A DNA stretch of 64,000 bases from an uncultured delta proteobacterium (GCA_963798485.1 CAWCTR010000007.1:256001-320000), one strand, 5' to 3'. Numbered from the stretch's first letter, positions 51,200-61,891 are shown. A program made the numbers and translations. The notes: generated by a model from the sequence alone, not told the origin.

Positions 51200-51943
51200 T
51201 CATTGAATATCATCCAGGCTGTCAACAACCACATCCATATGCTCTTGAAGTACTTCTTTCGGAACGATACCGGGTAGGCCGATGGTGAGCATGACGCCGG
51301 AATTCTTCCCCAGCACTGCATCCATCACGGTATCGCCGATGAGCACTGCCGAGGATGGTTCCACCTGGAAGTGTTCGCAGATCTTGTTAATCATATCCGG
51401 GGCCGGCTTGGAGTTCTCGACGCTATCGGCCCCCACTACGATATCGATGTAATAAGCCGCGCCGATTGCCATCATGTCTGAGCCGGCGTCGGCGGCCTTG
51501 TCGTTGGTTGCTATGGCAGTATGGATACCTTTGTCCTTCAGCCGGGACAAGAGTGCAATGGCACCCTGTACGGGCCTGATACTCCTGTTTCTTGCATCCG
51601 ATCGGAAGACCTCATCCCCAACCTTTCGCACGATGTCCTGGGCCTTATCCCAACTGATGCCCTCCCGGTAGAGGCAGTAGGCCAGCAAGGCGTCGCACTC
51701 GATAAAGGTGCCCATGGCAAGCGGCCCGGAGCCGTCTATGGTGCCGTCATCTACCGAGATGCCAAGTGCTTCCTGAACCCTTAACCGTAAGGGTTCAGTC
51801 ATGGGGACATATTCCCCAAAAGTCTTTATGAGATTGGCAATGATCTCGATCCATGTAAGTCTGAAGTCGATTAACGTCCCGTCCTTATCAAAGATGACAA
51901 GCCCTGTTGTATATTCTTTTTCCAATATCCGCATGGTTGCCAC
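51200..51943 (-). CDS. HAD-family hydrolase
   Basis: 'FDKDGTL', 'ATND', 'KPAPD', 'IGDTVMD'. Confidence 0.88.
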   Translation of the reverse strand: MATMRILEKEYTTGLVIFDKDGTLIDFRLTWIEIIANLIKTFGEYVPMTEPLRLRVQEALGISVDDGTIDGSGPLAMGTFIECDALLAYCLYREGISWDKAQDIVRKVGDEVFRSDARNRSIRPVQGAIALLSRLKDKGIHTAIATNDKAADAGSDMMAIGAAYYIDIVVGADSVENSKPAPDMINKICEHFQVEPSSAVLIGDTVMDAVLGKNSGVMLTIGLPGIVPKEVLQEHMDVVVDSLDDIQ

Positions 51944-52043
51944 CTGGATCCTCCTAATGGTTTTGCATAAAGGAACTTTTGGGATTGATTGGATACCATA
52001 CTTCCGTGATATATACTACCGGCTTTGCTAAGAAGGAGAGATC

Positions 52044-53279
52044 ATGACAGGAGTGTGCCATGCAATGAAGACTAAGCGAACCTTTGCCTACCTCATTATC
52101 ATTGTTACCGGGATATCAATTTGCTGCAGCCGCAACATACAGGCCGAGAATAATGAGGTCTCCGGACCCCAGTCGGGGGGGGCGGTAAAAATAGGTGTCT
52201 GCATGCCCATGGCGGGTCCATTGACAGAGGTTGCCAAGATACAGTCCGAGGGTATCCAGATGGCCCACGATATGGAAAAAGGCAAGGGGGGCATCCACGT
52301 TGAACTTGTATTCAAGGATTCCGGCGCGTCATCGCTGGATCTTTCCCAGGCCCTTCAGAGGCTGTTGGTGGACGATAAGGTATCAGGTATCATTTCGGCC
52401 GTGCCGGCTGATCTCATTGCTAAGGCCGGCGGTATCATGAAACAAAGGCCCGTTCCGTATATAGCAACGTCTTCGGCCAGGCGTGACTGGAAGACAAAAG
52501 AGGGACTGTCGGTGATCCGATTATGTACGAGCCTTGAGGATCAGGCCTATGCATGCGCCAGGTTCATGACGGATGTGATTCATGCCCGCAGGATAGGGCT
52601 TATCATTAACGACCGGGACGAAAGCTGTGTCAGGCTTGCCAGCCTGTTCTCCGCGGCTGTGGTAAAGGCAGGCGGCAGGATAGAGGATATTGCATATATA
52701 AAAGAGAGAGAAGACCCGGCATCCGCCATAACACACCTCATGGGCCGGAAGCCCGATGCTGTTTATATCCCTTTTTCCTGGGCGAACACCAGGGCAACGC
52801 TGAAAAAGATCCGCTCTTTTGATGCATCAAAACCCATCCTGGTGGGCAGTATTCAGCCTGAGGAGTCATTCCTGAGTGAGGTGGATAAGTCTCTGGAGGG
52901 TGTCTATATCCAGTCGAATTATATAGAAGAGAAGGTAACATCAGCAAAAGGCAAGGAATTCATTGAGTACTACTCAAAGCATGCCCGGAAAGGGTCTTGT
53001 CTCGGCTCAAGTATTGCTACCGGGGCTGATGCCTATTTTCTGATGCTTGACATGATATCGGCCCAGCAAAAGGCCAAACCTCATGAGGTGATTGCAGCCC
53101 CCTCCTCATGGAAGCCCTCGCTCCTGGGGATAACCCTCATAACAACCGCCGGCGATGCACAGAATCACCTGTCTTTCGGACAGATTAAGAGGAATTTCTT
53201 AGGTGGCGCCACGCTCAAGTATGTGGCATCAATCGTCGTTAACCGCTCAGATCCTGTCGCTAATGTTAGGGCTCAATAG
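52044..53279 (+). CDS. LivK-like periplasmic substrate-binding protein
   Basis: 'VKIGVCMPMAGP', 'ELVFKDS', 'KPDAVYIP'. Confidence 0.7.
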   Translation: MTGVCHAMKTKRTFAYLIIIVTGISICCSRNIQAENNEVSGPQSGGAVKIGVCMPMAGPLTEVAKIQSEGIQMAHDMEKGKGGIHVELVFKDSGASSLDLSQALQRLLVDDKVSGIISAVPADLIAKAGGIMKQRPVPYIATSSARRDWKTKEGLSVIRLCTSLEDQAYACARFMTDVIHARRIGLIINDRDESCVRLASLFSAAVVKAGGRIEDIAYIKEREDPASAITHLMGRKPDAVYIPFSWANTRATLKKIRSFDASKPILVGSIQPEESFLSEVDKSLEGVYIQSNYIEEKVTSAKGKEFIEYYSKHARKGSCLGSSIATGADAYFLMLDMISAQQKAKPHEVIAAPSSWKPSLLGITLITTAGDAQNHLSFGQIKRNFLGGATLKYVASIVVNRSDPVANVRAQ

Positions 53280-53564
53280 CTTATCCGCCACTGCAGTAAG
53301 ATCAGGCTTGTAGGTGCCGTTTTCGATCTTTGTCTCGACCTCATTGACCTTGCCGGTACGGATATCAGGAGATTCTTTGACCGCAGTAAGTATGTCCTTC
53401 ATCAGACTCGCAGTGCTTGAAATGTTCACCCTATCGGCAGTCGGGGCGGCATTCGGTTTTGCAGCATTTGCAATTTCTTTGTCTTTATTGTTGAGTTGAA
53501 CACCTTGAGCCGATTGCGATGTATATGCCTTGAGGGCATCAGTGTTCGTAGTATTAATTTTCAT
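53247..53564 (-). CDS. flgM: Anti-sigma28 factor FlgM
   Basis: 'DRVNISS', 'PDIRTGKV...IENGTYK'. Confidence 0.88.
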   Translation of the reverse strand: MKINTTNTDALKAYTSQSAQGVQLNNKDKEIANAAKPNAAPTADRVNISSTASLMKDILTAVKESPDIRTGKVNEVETKIENGTYKPDLTAVADKLLSPNISDRI

Positions 53565-53775
53565 CGATTAGCACCTCGTTCAATCCTTTCTGTAAACTGC
53601 TTTCCATAATATCCCTGAAAAGCCTTTTGCTCGCACGCTGGGATATCGTGACGGAATCCGCATCAAGCTCGCTGCCGGACTTTTCCACCCCATGTCTCAT
53701 GCTCGAAGACGCATTCTGTTTCTCATAGGTCCTCATGATGAGATTCATGAAGAGGCTTTTAACCTCCATACACAC
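53554..53775 (-). CDS. Small FlgM-associated protein
   Basis: 'MRTYEKQ', 'DSVTISQ'; upstream of and overlapping flgM. Confidence 0.55.
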   Translation of the reverse strand: MCMEVKSLFMNLIMRTYEKQNASSSMRHGVEKSGSELDADSVTISQRASKRLFRDIMESSLQKGLNEVLIDEN

Positions 53776-53807
53776 TCCTTGTGTTTAATCAGCCGTCCGT
53801 AACTTAA

Positions 53808-53834
53808 TTATCGGATTCTCACCGGAAATCTTTA
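53808..53834 (-). promoter_or_regulatory. sigma28 promoter for the flgM unit
   Basis: Minus strand TAAA-N15-TCCGATAA. Confidence 0.7.
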
Positions 53835-53960
53835 ACTTTATTTCTACAGGTGACCGGCGTCAGGCGCAAGGCTTTAAATGTCGGATCAGTCTTGAAGCAC
53901 CTGGAAAAAATTGCCTGTCTCGCAAGATAAGAAGCATGGACCAGAGCCGTTTTTATGGAT

Positions 53961-53976
53961 TGGCATCCCATTTGCT
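53961..53976 (+). promoter_or_regulatory. sigma54 promoter for flgF operon
   Basis: TGGCATCCCATTTGCT, GG-N10-GC, 25 nt before flgF. Confidence 0.75.
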
Positions 53977-54001
53977 CAAATGAACCCAGAAAGGAGCACG
54001 T

Positions 54002-54745
54002 ATGGATCAGGGTATTTACACAGCGGCGGCAGGGGCGATTGCAATGGAGGAGAGGCTCAATATCATCTCCAACAACATTGCCAATCTGAACACTACCGGA
54101 TTCAAGAAAGACCAGATGAGCTTTGAACAGTATATGAAGCAACTGGACACGTCTTCGCTGTACCCCGGCCAGTACAGTACAGTGCCTATTGATGTCGTCG
54201 CGGTCAGCAGCTCCATTGACCTGACGCCAGGGACCCCTGTGAAAACAGGGAACCCCCTCGACGTTGCCCTGACGGGGGACGGATTCTTTGCGGTCAATAC
54301 CGGAAACGGCACCCGATACACCAGGGCAGGTTCGTTCCAGCTCAGTACGGATAATACGCTGATTACGCCGCGGGGAGATACCGTCCAAGGGCAGAGCGGG
54401 GACATCACGATTGATCCGGATAAAACCCAGATAGTGATCAGCCCCGAAGGGCAGGTCAGCCAGGATGGTGACGCGATCGGTACCCTTCAGGTGGTAAAGA
54501 TACCGGCCGATGCGCTTGTCCGGGAGGGTAACAACCTATTTTCCGTCAAAGACGGGGTTGCTCCGGAGACTGTTGATACCCCGGATGTCGTCCAAGGCAG
54601 CTTGGAGACGGCCAATGTGAATCCGATCACGGAGATGGTTGAGATGATCGCCGCTCAAAGGGCTTATGATGTCTTTCAGAAGGTGATCACGTCTGCAAAC
54701 CAAGCATATTCATACTCGATGCAAAATGTCGGTACTACAGCATAA
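54002..54745 (+). CDS. flgF: Flagellar basal-body rod protein FlgF
   Basis: 'SNNIANLNTTGFK', 'TGNPLDVA', 'YTRAG'. Confidence 0.9.
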   Translation: MDQGIYTAAAGAIAMEERLNIISNNIANLNTTGFKKDQMSFEQYMKQLDTSSLYPGQYSTVPIDVVAVSSSIDLTPGTPVKTGNPLDVALTGDGFFAVNTGNGTRYTRAGSFQLSTDNTLITPRGDTVQGQSGDITIDPDKTQIVISPEGQVSQDGDAIGTLQVVKIPADALVREGNNLFSVKDGVAPETVDTPDVVQGSLETANVNPITEMVEMIAAQRAYDVFQKVITSANQAYSYSMQNVGTTA

Positions 54746-54762
54746 CAAAAGGAGGAAAGATT

Positions 54763-55545
54763 ATGATTCGAGCCATGTGGACCGCTGCTACGGGCATGAA
54801 TGCCCAGGAGCTCATGGTCAATACCATTGCCAATAACCTGGCGAACGCGAATACCACAAGCTTCAAGAAGAGCAGGGTGGATTTTGAGGATCTTTATTAT
54901 GCCATATATAATCAACCGGGCAGTCAAACCCCTGCCGGAGGAACCGTGCCTGTGGGGATTCAGGTGGGCATGGGCGTGCAGGCGGCTGCCATCGAGAAGG
55001 TCTTTACACAGGGCGACTACTCTGAAACAGGTAATAACCTGGATATGGCCATCCAGGGCAACGGGTTTTTCCACCTCGTTTCGAACGGGACCGATGTCTA
55101 TACACGGGACGGTTCTTTCCAGATGGACTCAGAAGGTTATATTGTGGATTCCATGGGAGACCGGTTGCAGCCCGATTTCAAAGTGCCCCAGCAGACCTCC
55201 AACATAACGGTTTCCAATACGGGACAGATCAACTGCCTGTCGAGCAGCGGCACAGTTCTGGCCACAGGGAACATCCCCACCTACATCTTCCCTAACACGG
55301 CAGGCCTGCAATCCATCGGCATGAATCAGTATATACCGACCCCTGCATCAGGGGATGCCATTGAGGGAACACCGGGTACATATAACTTCGGCACCATCTC
55401 ACAGGGTAACCTGGAGATGTCCAATGTGGATGCCATTACGGAAATGGTCGGCATGATTGCGGCCCAGAGGGCATATGAACTTAACTCCAAATGCATTACC
55501 GTCTCGGATGAAATGCTTCAGACGGCCTCAGGTATTGTGAGATAG
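54763..55545 (+). CDS. flgG: Flagellar basal-body rod protein FlgG
   Basis: 'ANNLANANT', 'FEDLYY', 'QRAYELNSK'. Confidence 0.93.
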   Translation: MIRAMWTAATGMNAQELMVNTIANNLANANTTSFKKSRVDFEDLYYAIYNQPGSQTPAGGTVPVGIQVGMGVQAAAIEKVFTQGDYSETGNNLDMAIQGNGFFHLVSNGTDVYTRDGSFQMDSEGYIVDSMGDRLQPDFKVPQQTSNITVSNTGQINCLSSSGTVLATGNIPTYIFPNTAGLQSIGMNQYIPTPASGDAIEGTPGTYNFGTISQGNLEMSNVDAITEMVGMIAAQRAYELNSKCITVSDEMLQTASGIVR

Positions 55546-55551
55546 AACCAG

Positions 55552-56499
55552 ATGCAAAGGCTTATCATGACAGTATGTCTCGTCTGCGGACTTTCTCTGC
55601 CGCTCACCGCATTTGCCGACACGGTGGTGGATCTTAAAAGGGAGGTTGCGGTTGCCGGGAAGACCGTGATGCTTTCAGACTTAGCCGAGATAAACGGAGA
55701 GGATGCATCACTGCTCGGTAGCATTGCCATTGTCAAGCCCCCTACTGGCTCCTTTGACTTGTATATCTCGGCCAAAACCGTTGCCGACACGGTACGCTCC
55801 CATTACCTGGGCGTGATAGTTTTCACCGGTGCATCCAAAACGCATGCCGTTTCGTGCACGGTGGAGGTGCCTGAAGATGCTATGAAGAAGGTCTTTGTCG
55901 AAGAGATCATCAAGAACAGCCCCTGGAATAATTCAGGCAGGATAGAGGTGTCCTACGTAAGGGTATCCCGGCTTCCGAAGGTTCTTCAGGTAGATTCGAA
56001 CACCATACAGGCAAAATTTTCCTCCCACGAAAGGTATCTCGGATTCGTAACGGCGACCATGCTTATCGGTAGCGGACCATTCCCTGCGATGGTGACCGTA
56101 ACCGGAAAGGTCAAACTTATAGCAGATATCCCCGTGGTAAAGACAAAGGTCGCCTCAGGTAAGATCATTGCGCCGGGTGATCTTGTGATGAGGTCTTTGG
56201 ATATCTCATCATGTCCCTATGCCTATACCAGCCTTGAAGACTGTGTGGGCAAGCGGTCAAGGGTGACGCTGCTGGAGGGCAACCCCATACTGCCTTCGCA
56301 GGTGCAGCGAAAACCGGATGTATGTTCCGGAGAGATAGTCTCCATCGAGGTCAGGGTGAATGACCTTGTGGTCAGGGATAAGGGTGTGGCCATGAAGGAC
56401 GGGTATCAGGGTGATGCGATCCCCGTAAAGAACATCTCTTCGGGTCGACAAGTAATTGGCACCATTATTGCTGCGTCACTGGTGCAGGTTGAGCTGTAG
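55552..56499 (+). CDS. flgA: P-ring formation chaperone FlgA
   Basis: Signal peptide, SAF-like C-terminus 'DGYQGDAIPVKNISSG'; synteny. Confidence 0.85.
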   Translation: MQRLIMTVCLVCGLSLPLTAFADTVVDLKREVAVAGKTVMLSDLAEINGEDASLLGSIAIVKPPTGSFDLYISAKTVADTVRSHYLGVIVFTGASKTHAVSCTVEVPEDAMKKVFVEEIIKNSPWNNSGRIEVSYVRVSRLPKVLQVDSNTIQAKFSSHERYLGFVTATMLIGSGPFPAMVTVTGKVKLIADIPVVKTKVASGKIIAPGDLVMRSLDISSCPYAYTSLEDCVGKRSRVTLLEGNPILPSQVQRKPDVCSGEIVSIEVRVNDLVVRDKGVAMKDGYQGDAIPVKNISSGRQVIGTIIAASLVQVEL

Positions 56500-56507
56500 G
56501 AGGCGAA

Positions 56508-57173
56508 ATGAAGGCACATCAGAACCTAATACTTTTTATTGTAGCGGCTGTTCTAAGCGCATGTTCACATACTCCCAAAGACTTCGATCGTACCGATGAT
56601 GAGTTGTCGATGCCCATCGGAGATCAGGTCGAATACACGCAGAGCCCAGGTTCCCTGTGGGCGCCGACCGCCAAATATTCGGATATGTATAGCGACCATA
56701 AGGCACGGCAGGTCGGGGACCTTGTCATTATCAATATATCCGAGAGCTCGTCAGCGGATAAACAGGCAAAGACCGATACCTCGAAGGACAGTAGTATAGC
56801 CGCCTCGGTAACGGACTTTCTTGGCTTTCATACACACCCCCAGGTACAGACCGGCAGCGCTTCAACGTTTACCGGGGATGGGGAGACCTCACGGAGCGGC
56901 ACCCTGACTGCAGTCGTATCTGCCCGTATAGTAAGGGTCCTTCCTGATGGAAACTTCGTCATCAGGGGCAAGAAACAGATCAGGGTGAACGATGAGTCTC
57001 AGTACATAACGGTCTCCGGGATCATCAGACTTGATGACATACAAAGTGATAATTCTGTCGCGTCGGCCAATGTAGCAGATTTGAAAGTCGATTATTATGG
57101 GAAAGGTATTCTTGGCGACCAGCAGGATAAGGGCTTCCTAGCAAAGGCTTTCGACAAAGTATGGCCGTTTTAG
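56508..57173 (+). CDS. flgH: L-ring protein FlgH
   Basis: Lipobox 'LSAC', 'GSLW', 'KARQVGD', 'VLPDGNF'. Confidence 0.92.
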   Translation: MKAHQNLILFIVAAVLSACSHTPKDFDRTDDELSMPIGDQVEYTQSPGSLWAPTAKYSDMYSDHKARQVGDLVIINISESSSADKQAKTDTSKDSSIAASVTDFLGFHTHPQVQTGSASTFTGDGETSRSGTLTAVVSARIVRVLPDGNFVIRGKKQIRVNDESQYITVSGIIRLDDIQSDNSVASANVADLKVDYYGKGILGDQQDKGFLAKAFDKVWPF

Positions 57174-57182
57174 AGGTGGATC

Positions 57183-58277
57183 ATGAAGAAGATAACCCTA
57201 GCTATTGTTAGTATACTCTTTGCGGCACAACCACTCCTGGCAGTACGCGTGAAGGACCTTGTCGAGATCCAAGGGGTGAGGGAGAACAAGTTGTCAGGGT
57301 ACGGGTTGGTAATGGGTCTGAACGGTACCGGGGACAAGGCCGGAACAGGCAATGAGTATACTATCTATTCCGTAACAAACATGCTCCGGAATATGGGTAT
57401 CAAGGTCAACGCCACTGACCTGAAGATGAAGAACATAGCGGCGGTCATCGTCACATCGTCGCTTCCACCGTTTGCCAAGAGTTCCCAAAAAATTGATTGC
57501 ACGGTCTCTTCCATGGGTGATGCAACCTCCATAGCAGGCGGCACCCTTATCTCTACACCGCTCTATGGCCCTGACGGAAAGGTCTATGCCCTGGCCCAGG
57601 GTCCTATATCGGTCGGCGGCTTTGCGGTGAGCGGGGCCTCGGGATCCGGGGTGACTAAAAACTTTCCTACTGCGGGAATGATCCCGGGTGGTGCCATTGT
57701 TGAGCGTTCGCTCGAACTGAGCATGGGCCCGCAGATGACACTGGTCATGAATAATCCTGATTTCACAACCGCGGGCAGACTCGTACGATCAATCAACGAA
57801 AAACTGGGTGCCCAGGTGGCCAATGCCCAAGACCTTTCCACCATCCGGCTTGATGTGCCGGCCTCCTACCAGAACAGGCTTGTTGACTTCGTAGAGATTA
57901 TCGAGGCGGTCGATGTGACGCCGGACAACCGGGCAAGAGTCATTGTGAACGAACGGACCGGTACCGTGGTCATGGGTGGCGATGTGAAGATCTCCACCGT
58001 GGCTATCGCACATGGTAATCTGAGTATCAAGGTTTCCGAGCGTCCACAGGTATCGCAGCCCCTGGCGTTATCGCAAGGCACTACCACCGTAGTCCCGCAG
58101 ACCGGGGTCCAGGTGGAAGAGGGTGGCAAAAGGCTTATTTTGCTTAAGAGCGGGGTCAGCATAAGCGACCTTGTAGCTTCATTAAATGCCGTCGGGGTAT
58201 CACCGAGAGACCTTATCACCATCATACAGGCTATCAAGCGGGCAGGTGCCTTGTACGCCGACCTGGAGGTCATATGA
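57183..58277 (+). CDS. flgI: P-ring protein FlgI
   Basis: 'RVKDL', 'GYGLVMGLNGTGD', 'NERTGTVVMG'. Confidence 0.95.
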   Translation: MKKITLAIVSILFAAQPLLAVRVKDLVEIQGVRENKLSGYGLVMGLNGTGDKAGTGNEYTIYSVTNMLRNMGIKVNATDLKMKNIAAVIVTSSLPPFAKSSQKIDCTVSSMGDATSIAGGTLISTPLYGPDGKVYALAQGPISVGGFAVSGASGSGVTKNFPTAGMIPGGAIVERSLELSMGPQMTLVMNNPDFTTAGRLVRSINEKLGAQVANAQDLSTIRLDVPASYQNRLVDFVEIIEAVDVTPDNRARVIVNERTGTVVMGGDVKISTVAIAHGNLSIKVSERPQVSQPLALSQGTTTVVPQTGVQVEEGGKRLILLKSGVSISDLVASLNAVGVSPRDLITIIQAIKRAGALYADLEVI

Positions 58278-58600
58278 TCGGCGATGTCAACATGCCCGGT
58301 GAAATGAAGCAGAGCAACTCTGTAAAGGCATTGGATAAGGTCTGCAAGGAGTTTGAGACCCTGTTTGTCCACCAGCTTTTGAAGACCATGACCGAATCCG
58401 TGCCGAAAGGTTCGTTGGAGGAAGGTCCCGGAGAAGATATTTACAAGGATATGTTCAATCAGGAACTTGCAAAGAGCATCGGACAGTCCGGGGCGTTAGG
58501 TATTGCGGATATCATCAAGAAGCACATACAGCAGCATTTCGGCGAGGACGGAAAGACAAGGCAGGGTAACGTTCACAAGGAAAATGATAATGACCGATAA
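58274..58600 (+). CDS. flgJ: FlgJ rod-binding domain only
   Basis: 'CKEFETLFVHQLLKTM', 'YKDMFNQELA'; no muramidase domain. Confidence 0.82.
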   Translation: MIGDVNMPGEMKQSNSVKALDKVCKEFETLFVHQLLKTMTESVPKGSLEEGPGEDIYKDMFNQELAKSIGQSGALGIADIIKKHIQQHFGEDGKTRQGNVHKENDNDR

Positions 58601-58634
58601 AGATAATGAAGATGGACAAGACCAGGGGGTCGAT

Positions 58635-59057
58635 ATGACATATACGGATTTTATCCAAAGGCTTCAACTGGAAAAAGAGCTTGTGGAAAGGCTTAATGCA
58701 CATTTACAAAGGGAGCTCGATCTCATCACGGAAGGTAATGTCCAGACACTCGAAGAATCCATGCCCTTTAAGCAGAAGCTTTTAAAGGGTATAGCAGATA
58801 ACCGCCAAGGCCACGAGGAACCGCAAGGAGAGCCTTGGCCTGAGCAGGCACAAAGAATGCGGGCACTCCAAAAAGATCTGGTCGGGCTCTGGAAAAAGGC
58901 AAGTGGGCTTAATGAGATTTCCAAGAAGCTTGTAAAACAGCGGATCTTTGAGATTAATGACCAGCTCGAGATATTCTTTGCAGGCCTGAAGGACGGATAC
59001 ACCAGGGATGGCAAAAAATCTGCCGTTTCTTTGCATACCATAAAGACAGGAGCCTGA
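58635..59057 (+). CDS. flgN: Flagellar export chaperone FlgN
   Basis: Coiled-coil protein between flgJ and flgK ending 'GYTRDG'. Confidence 0.7.
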   Translation: MTYTDFIQRLQLEKELVERLNAHLQRELDLITEGNVQTLEESMPFKQKLLKGIADNRQGHEEPQGEPWPEQAQRMRALQKDLVGLWKKASGLNEISKKLVKQRIFEINDQLEIFFAGLKDGYTRDGKKSAVSLHTIKTGA

Positions 59058-59058
59058 T

Positions 59059-60858
59059 ATGGCGGGTATAAGCGGAGCAATGGATATTGCCGCAGGGGCA
59101 ATGTTTACTTCCCAGCTCTCCATGGAGGTAACATCGAATAACATTGCCAATGCCAACACACAAGGGTATTCCAAACAGAATTTAGTGCTCCAGGCAAACA
59201 ACCCCATCACTATGGTCCCTGGGCAGCTCGGGACAGGGGTAAAGGCTACGGAGGTGACGAGGCAGTATAATGCCTTTCTCAATTCCCAAGTGGTACAGAA
59301 GCAATCAGATTATTCCTATTGGAGTACCCAGAACGACGCCATGACCCAGGTCGAAAGCATCTTCAATGAGACCGACGACAATGGGCTTAACGCCATGATG
59401 AGCGATTTCTGGAATTCCTGGAGCGATCTTGAAAACAATCCGGATGGCACCCCTGAGAGGACTTCCTTGCTGGAAAATACCGACAACCTGATATCCACGG
59501 TCCAGAGCATGGATACAAACCTGACGGCCAATCAGACGAACCTTGATGCCAACATTGTCGGCGCTGTAACCGATGTGAACAATATTCTTAAGCAAATTGC
59601 CACCCTGAACACCGAAATATCCAATGTAGAGGTCAAAGGCACGACCAATGCCAACGACCTGCGGGATCAAAGAGACCTGCTCTTGCAAAACCTTTCTAAA
59701 CACATTGATATCACCTCTTATGAGGATAGTTCTAACGGCCAGGTCAATGTATTCATCATGGGGGGAACCCCGCTTGTTCTTGGACAAAACGCATACAGTT
59801 TGAGTACGGCTAAAAACACTACTACCGGCTTCTCAGATGTTTTTTGGGATGATGCATCAGGGAGGACTGTCAACCTCACCAGCCCCAGCATTAAGCTCAA
59901 GGGTGGTGATATCGCGGGTATGGTGAATGTAAGGGATACACAGATCGGTTCATACCTGGATTCTTTAAACACGCTCACCAAGGCGATCGTATGGCAGGTG
60001 AACTCCCTGCATAGCGAAGGCACAGGGCTTCAGAGTGTCAGCAGTATGGCCGGCACGGTCCAAACCACAGGGGATAAAGACCTTTCTTCCGATTTTCTCT
60101 TCAGTGATGGGTATAACCCGACCGGCACCTTCGACATCACGGTAAACGATGCGAACGGCAATCCGACAAACTACACAATCGATACCGCTGCCTATGGAAC
60201 CGAGCACGGGACATCTGGTACCACGGTCAACGACCTCATCGGAGCGATCAATGAACAAACCGGGGGAAATATCACTGCCGGCCTGGATGCTGCCGGTCAT
60301 TTCCAGATGGCTGCATCCAGCGGTGAAACCTTTAACGTTAATCCAAGCTCCACCGGTTCGTCGAGCAACGCCCTGGCCATCCTCGGAGTGAATACGTTCT
60401 TTTCTTGGACAGAAACAGCGGGTCAGCCGGTCCAAGACATAACCGAAACCGTTGATGTCAATCCGGCCCTCAGTGCAAATCCCAATCTCATTTCATCCGG
60501 ATATCTTGATAGTGACAATATGGTGGCGCCCGGTGCAAACGATGTCGCCAGCGCCATAGCCGCACTCCAGGACAAGGCTATACCCAATATAGGAGGCCCC
60601 GGGGTGAGTACCACCATGGATGCCTACTACAATTCCCTGGTGGCACAGGTTGGTATTGATTCACAGAATGCAAGTCAAAACGAAAAGTTCAACGACACCT
60701 TATTAAGTCAGTACACGCAGAGCCAACAGTCGGTTTCCGGTGTAAACCTGGATGATGAGATGACTGATCTCTTGAAAAATCAACAACTTTACCAGGCCTC
60801 TGCGAAGCTGATATCCATCTGTGATGATATGATGCAGTCATTGCTTTCAATAACATAA
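59059..60858 (+). CDS. flgK: Flagellar hook-associated protein FlgK
   Basis: 'SNNIANANTQGYSKQ', 'NDLRDQRD', 'SGVNLDDEM'. Confidence 0.94.
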   Translation: MAGISGAMDIAAGAMFTSQLSMEVTSNNIANANTQGYSKQNLVLQANNPITMVPGQLGTGVKATEVTRQYNAFLNSQVVQKQSDYSYWSTQNDAMTQVESIFNETDDNGLNAMMSDFWNSWSDLENNPDGTPERTSLLENTDNLISTVQSMDTNLTANQTNLDANIVGAVTDVNNILKQIATLNTEISNVEVKGTTNANDLRDQRDLLLQNLSKHIDITSYEDSSNGQVNVFIMGGTPLVLGQNAYSLSTAKNTTTGFSDVFWDDASGRTVNLTSPSIKLKGGDIAGMVNVRDTQIGSYLDSLNTLTKAIVWQVNSLHSEGTGLQSVSSMAGTVQTTGDKDLSSDFLFSDGYNPTGTFDITVNDANGNPTNYTIDTAAYGTEHGTSGTTVNDLIGAINEQTGGNITAGLDAAGHFQMAASSGETFNVNPSSTGSSSNALAILGVNTFFSWTETAGQPVQDITETVDVNPALSANPNLISSGYLDSDNMVAPGANDVASAIAALQDKAIPNIGGPGVSTTMDAYYNSLVAQVGIDSQNASQNEKFNDTLLSQYTQSQQSVSGVNLDDEMTDLLKNQQLYQASAKLISICDDMMQSLLSIT

Positions 60859-60900
60859 TCATGTAATACTTCACTCAAAGTACACTCCATGGGGGTTTCA

Positions 60901-61137
60901 TTGCTGATATTGACAAGGAAAGTCGGCGAATCTGTAGCCATCGGCGATGATATCCAGGTATCCGTGGTTGAGATCAAGGGAACCCAGGTCAAGCTTGGTA
61001 TACGAGCTCCCAAGGATGTTACGGTGCACCGTGAAGAGATATATCTGAAGATCCAGGAAGAGAACAGGAGGGCCTCCCAGGTGTCGACAGATGCCCTGGG
61101 GTCAGTAGAGGATCTGATCTTAAAGAAAGAATCATGA
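60901..61137 (+). CDS. csrA: Carbon storage regulator CsrA
   Basis: '[17 protein letters not shown]...VHREEIY'. Confidence 0.95.
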   Translation: MLILTRKVGESVAIGDDIQVSVVEIKGTQVKLGIRAPKDVTVHREEIYLKIQEENRRASQVSTDALGSVEDLILKKES

Positions 61138-61193
61138 ACTAAAAAGTCGTACTGAACGCCAAGAATAAATAATCAAACAGGAGGTATAAAACC

Positions 61194-61445
61194 ATGCGCT
61201 TTCTTTTTAATCTCATAACATCGATTATCCTGGCCCCCTTCAAGATAATCAAATTCATCGTGTCCGATGTCCTTATCTTCGGCATCATCGGAGGGATAGC
61301 CTCCATGATCAGATCGGTAGTCAAGACAACCATCAGGCTTATCTTTAGGCCTTTCACCCTTCTTCTGCTTGCAGGCGGAGCCGCGGCCTTCTATCTCGCC
61401 ACCGATGAACAGAAGAAGAAGGTCAAGGCCTTAATGGGGATGTAG
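61194..61445 (+). CDS. Small hydrophobic hypothetical protein
   Basis: RBS AGGAGG, hydrophobic 83-aa ORF. Confidence 0.6.
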   Translation: MRFLFNLITSIILAPFKIIKFIVSDVLIFGIIGGIASMIRSVVKTTIRLIFRPFTLLLLAGGAAAFYLATDEQKKKVKALMGM

Positions 61446-61454
61446 GAACAAGAT

Positions 61455-61496
61455 AAAAGAGGGGACCTCGATTAGAGTGTCCCCCTCTTTGTTTTT
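61455..61496. terminator. Bidirectional intrinsic terminator
   Basis: aaagaggggac...gtccccctcttt with A and T flanks between convergent genes. Confidence 0.7.
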
Positions 61497-61537
61497 GTAC
61501 TTGTTTTAGTACTTGCCGGATATCCGTTAATTTTTTT

Positions 61538-61891
61538 CTACAGACCCATGTACTTGATGAAGGGGTTTGCATAGAGCAAGATGAGCTCTATAACCAGCGC
61601 ATAGATGGCAAGGGACTCGATCATGGCCAGGCCAAGAATGAGCGCGGTCAGGATCTTGCCGGATGCCTCAGGGTTGCGTGCAATACCGTCGCAGGCACCC
61701 TGAACACCATGGCCCTGGCCGATGCCGGTTCCAAACGCAGCTAGGGCCATACCGATGCCCGCAGCCACAGAGGCCCAGGAGAAATACTGGATTGCTTCAG
61801 GGCTTGCCTGACCTCCTGCTGCTAACACCAGCGAAGAGAAACCCAGGACCAAGAATACTGAAACTCCTGATAAGCATAAAAATTTCTTCAT
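61538..61891 (-). CDS. atpE: F0 ATP synthase subunit c with N-terminal extension
   Basis: 'GIGQG', 'ARNPEA', 'IESLAIYAL'. Confidence 0.95.
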   Translation of the reverse strand: MKKFLCLSGVSVFLVLGFSSLVLAAGGQASPEAIQYFSWASVAAGIGMALAAFGTGIGQGHGVQGACDGIARNPEASGKILTALILGLAMIESLAIYALVIELILLYANPFIKYMGL

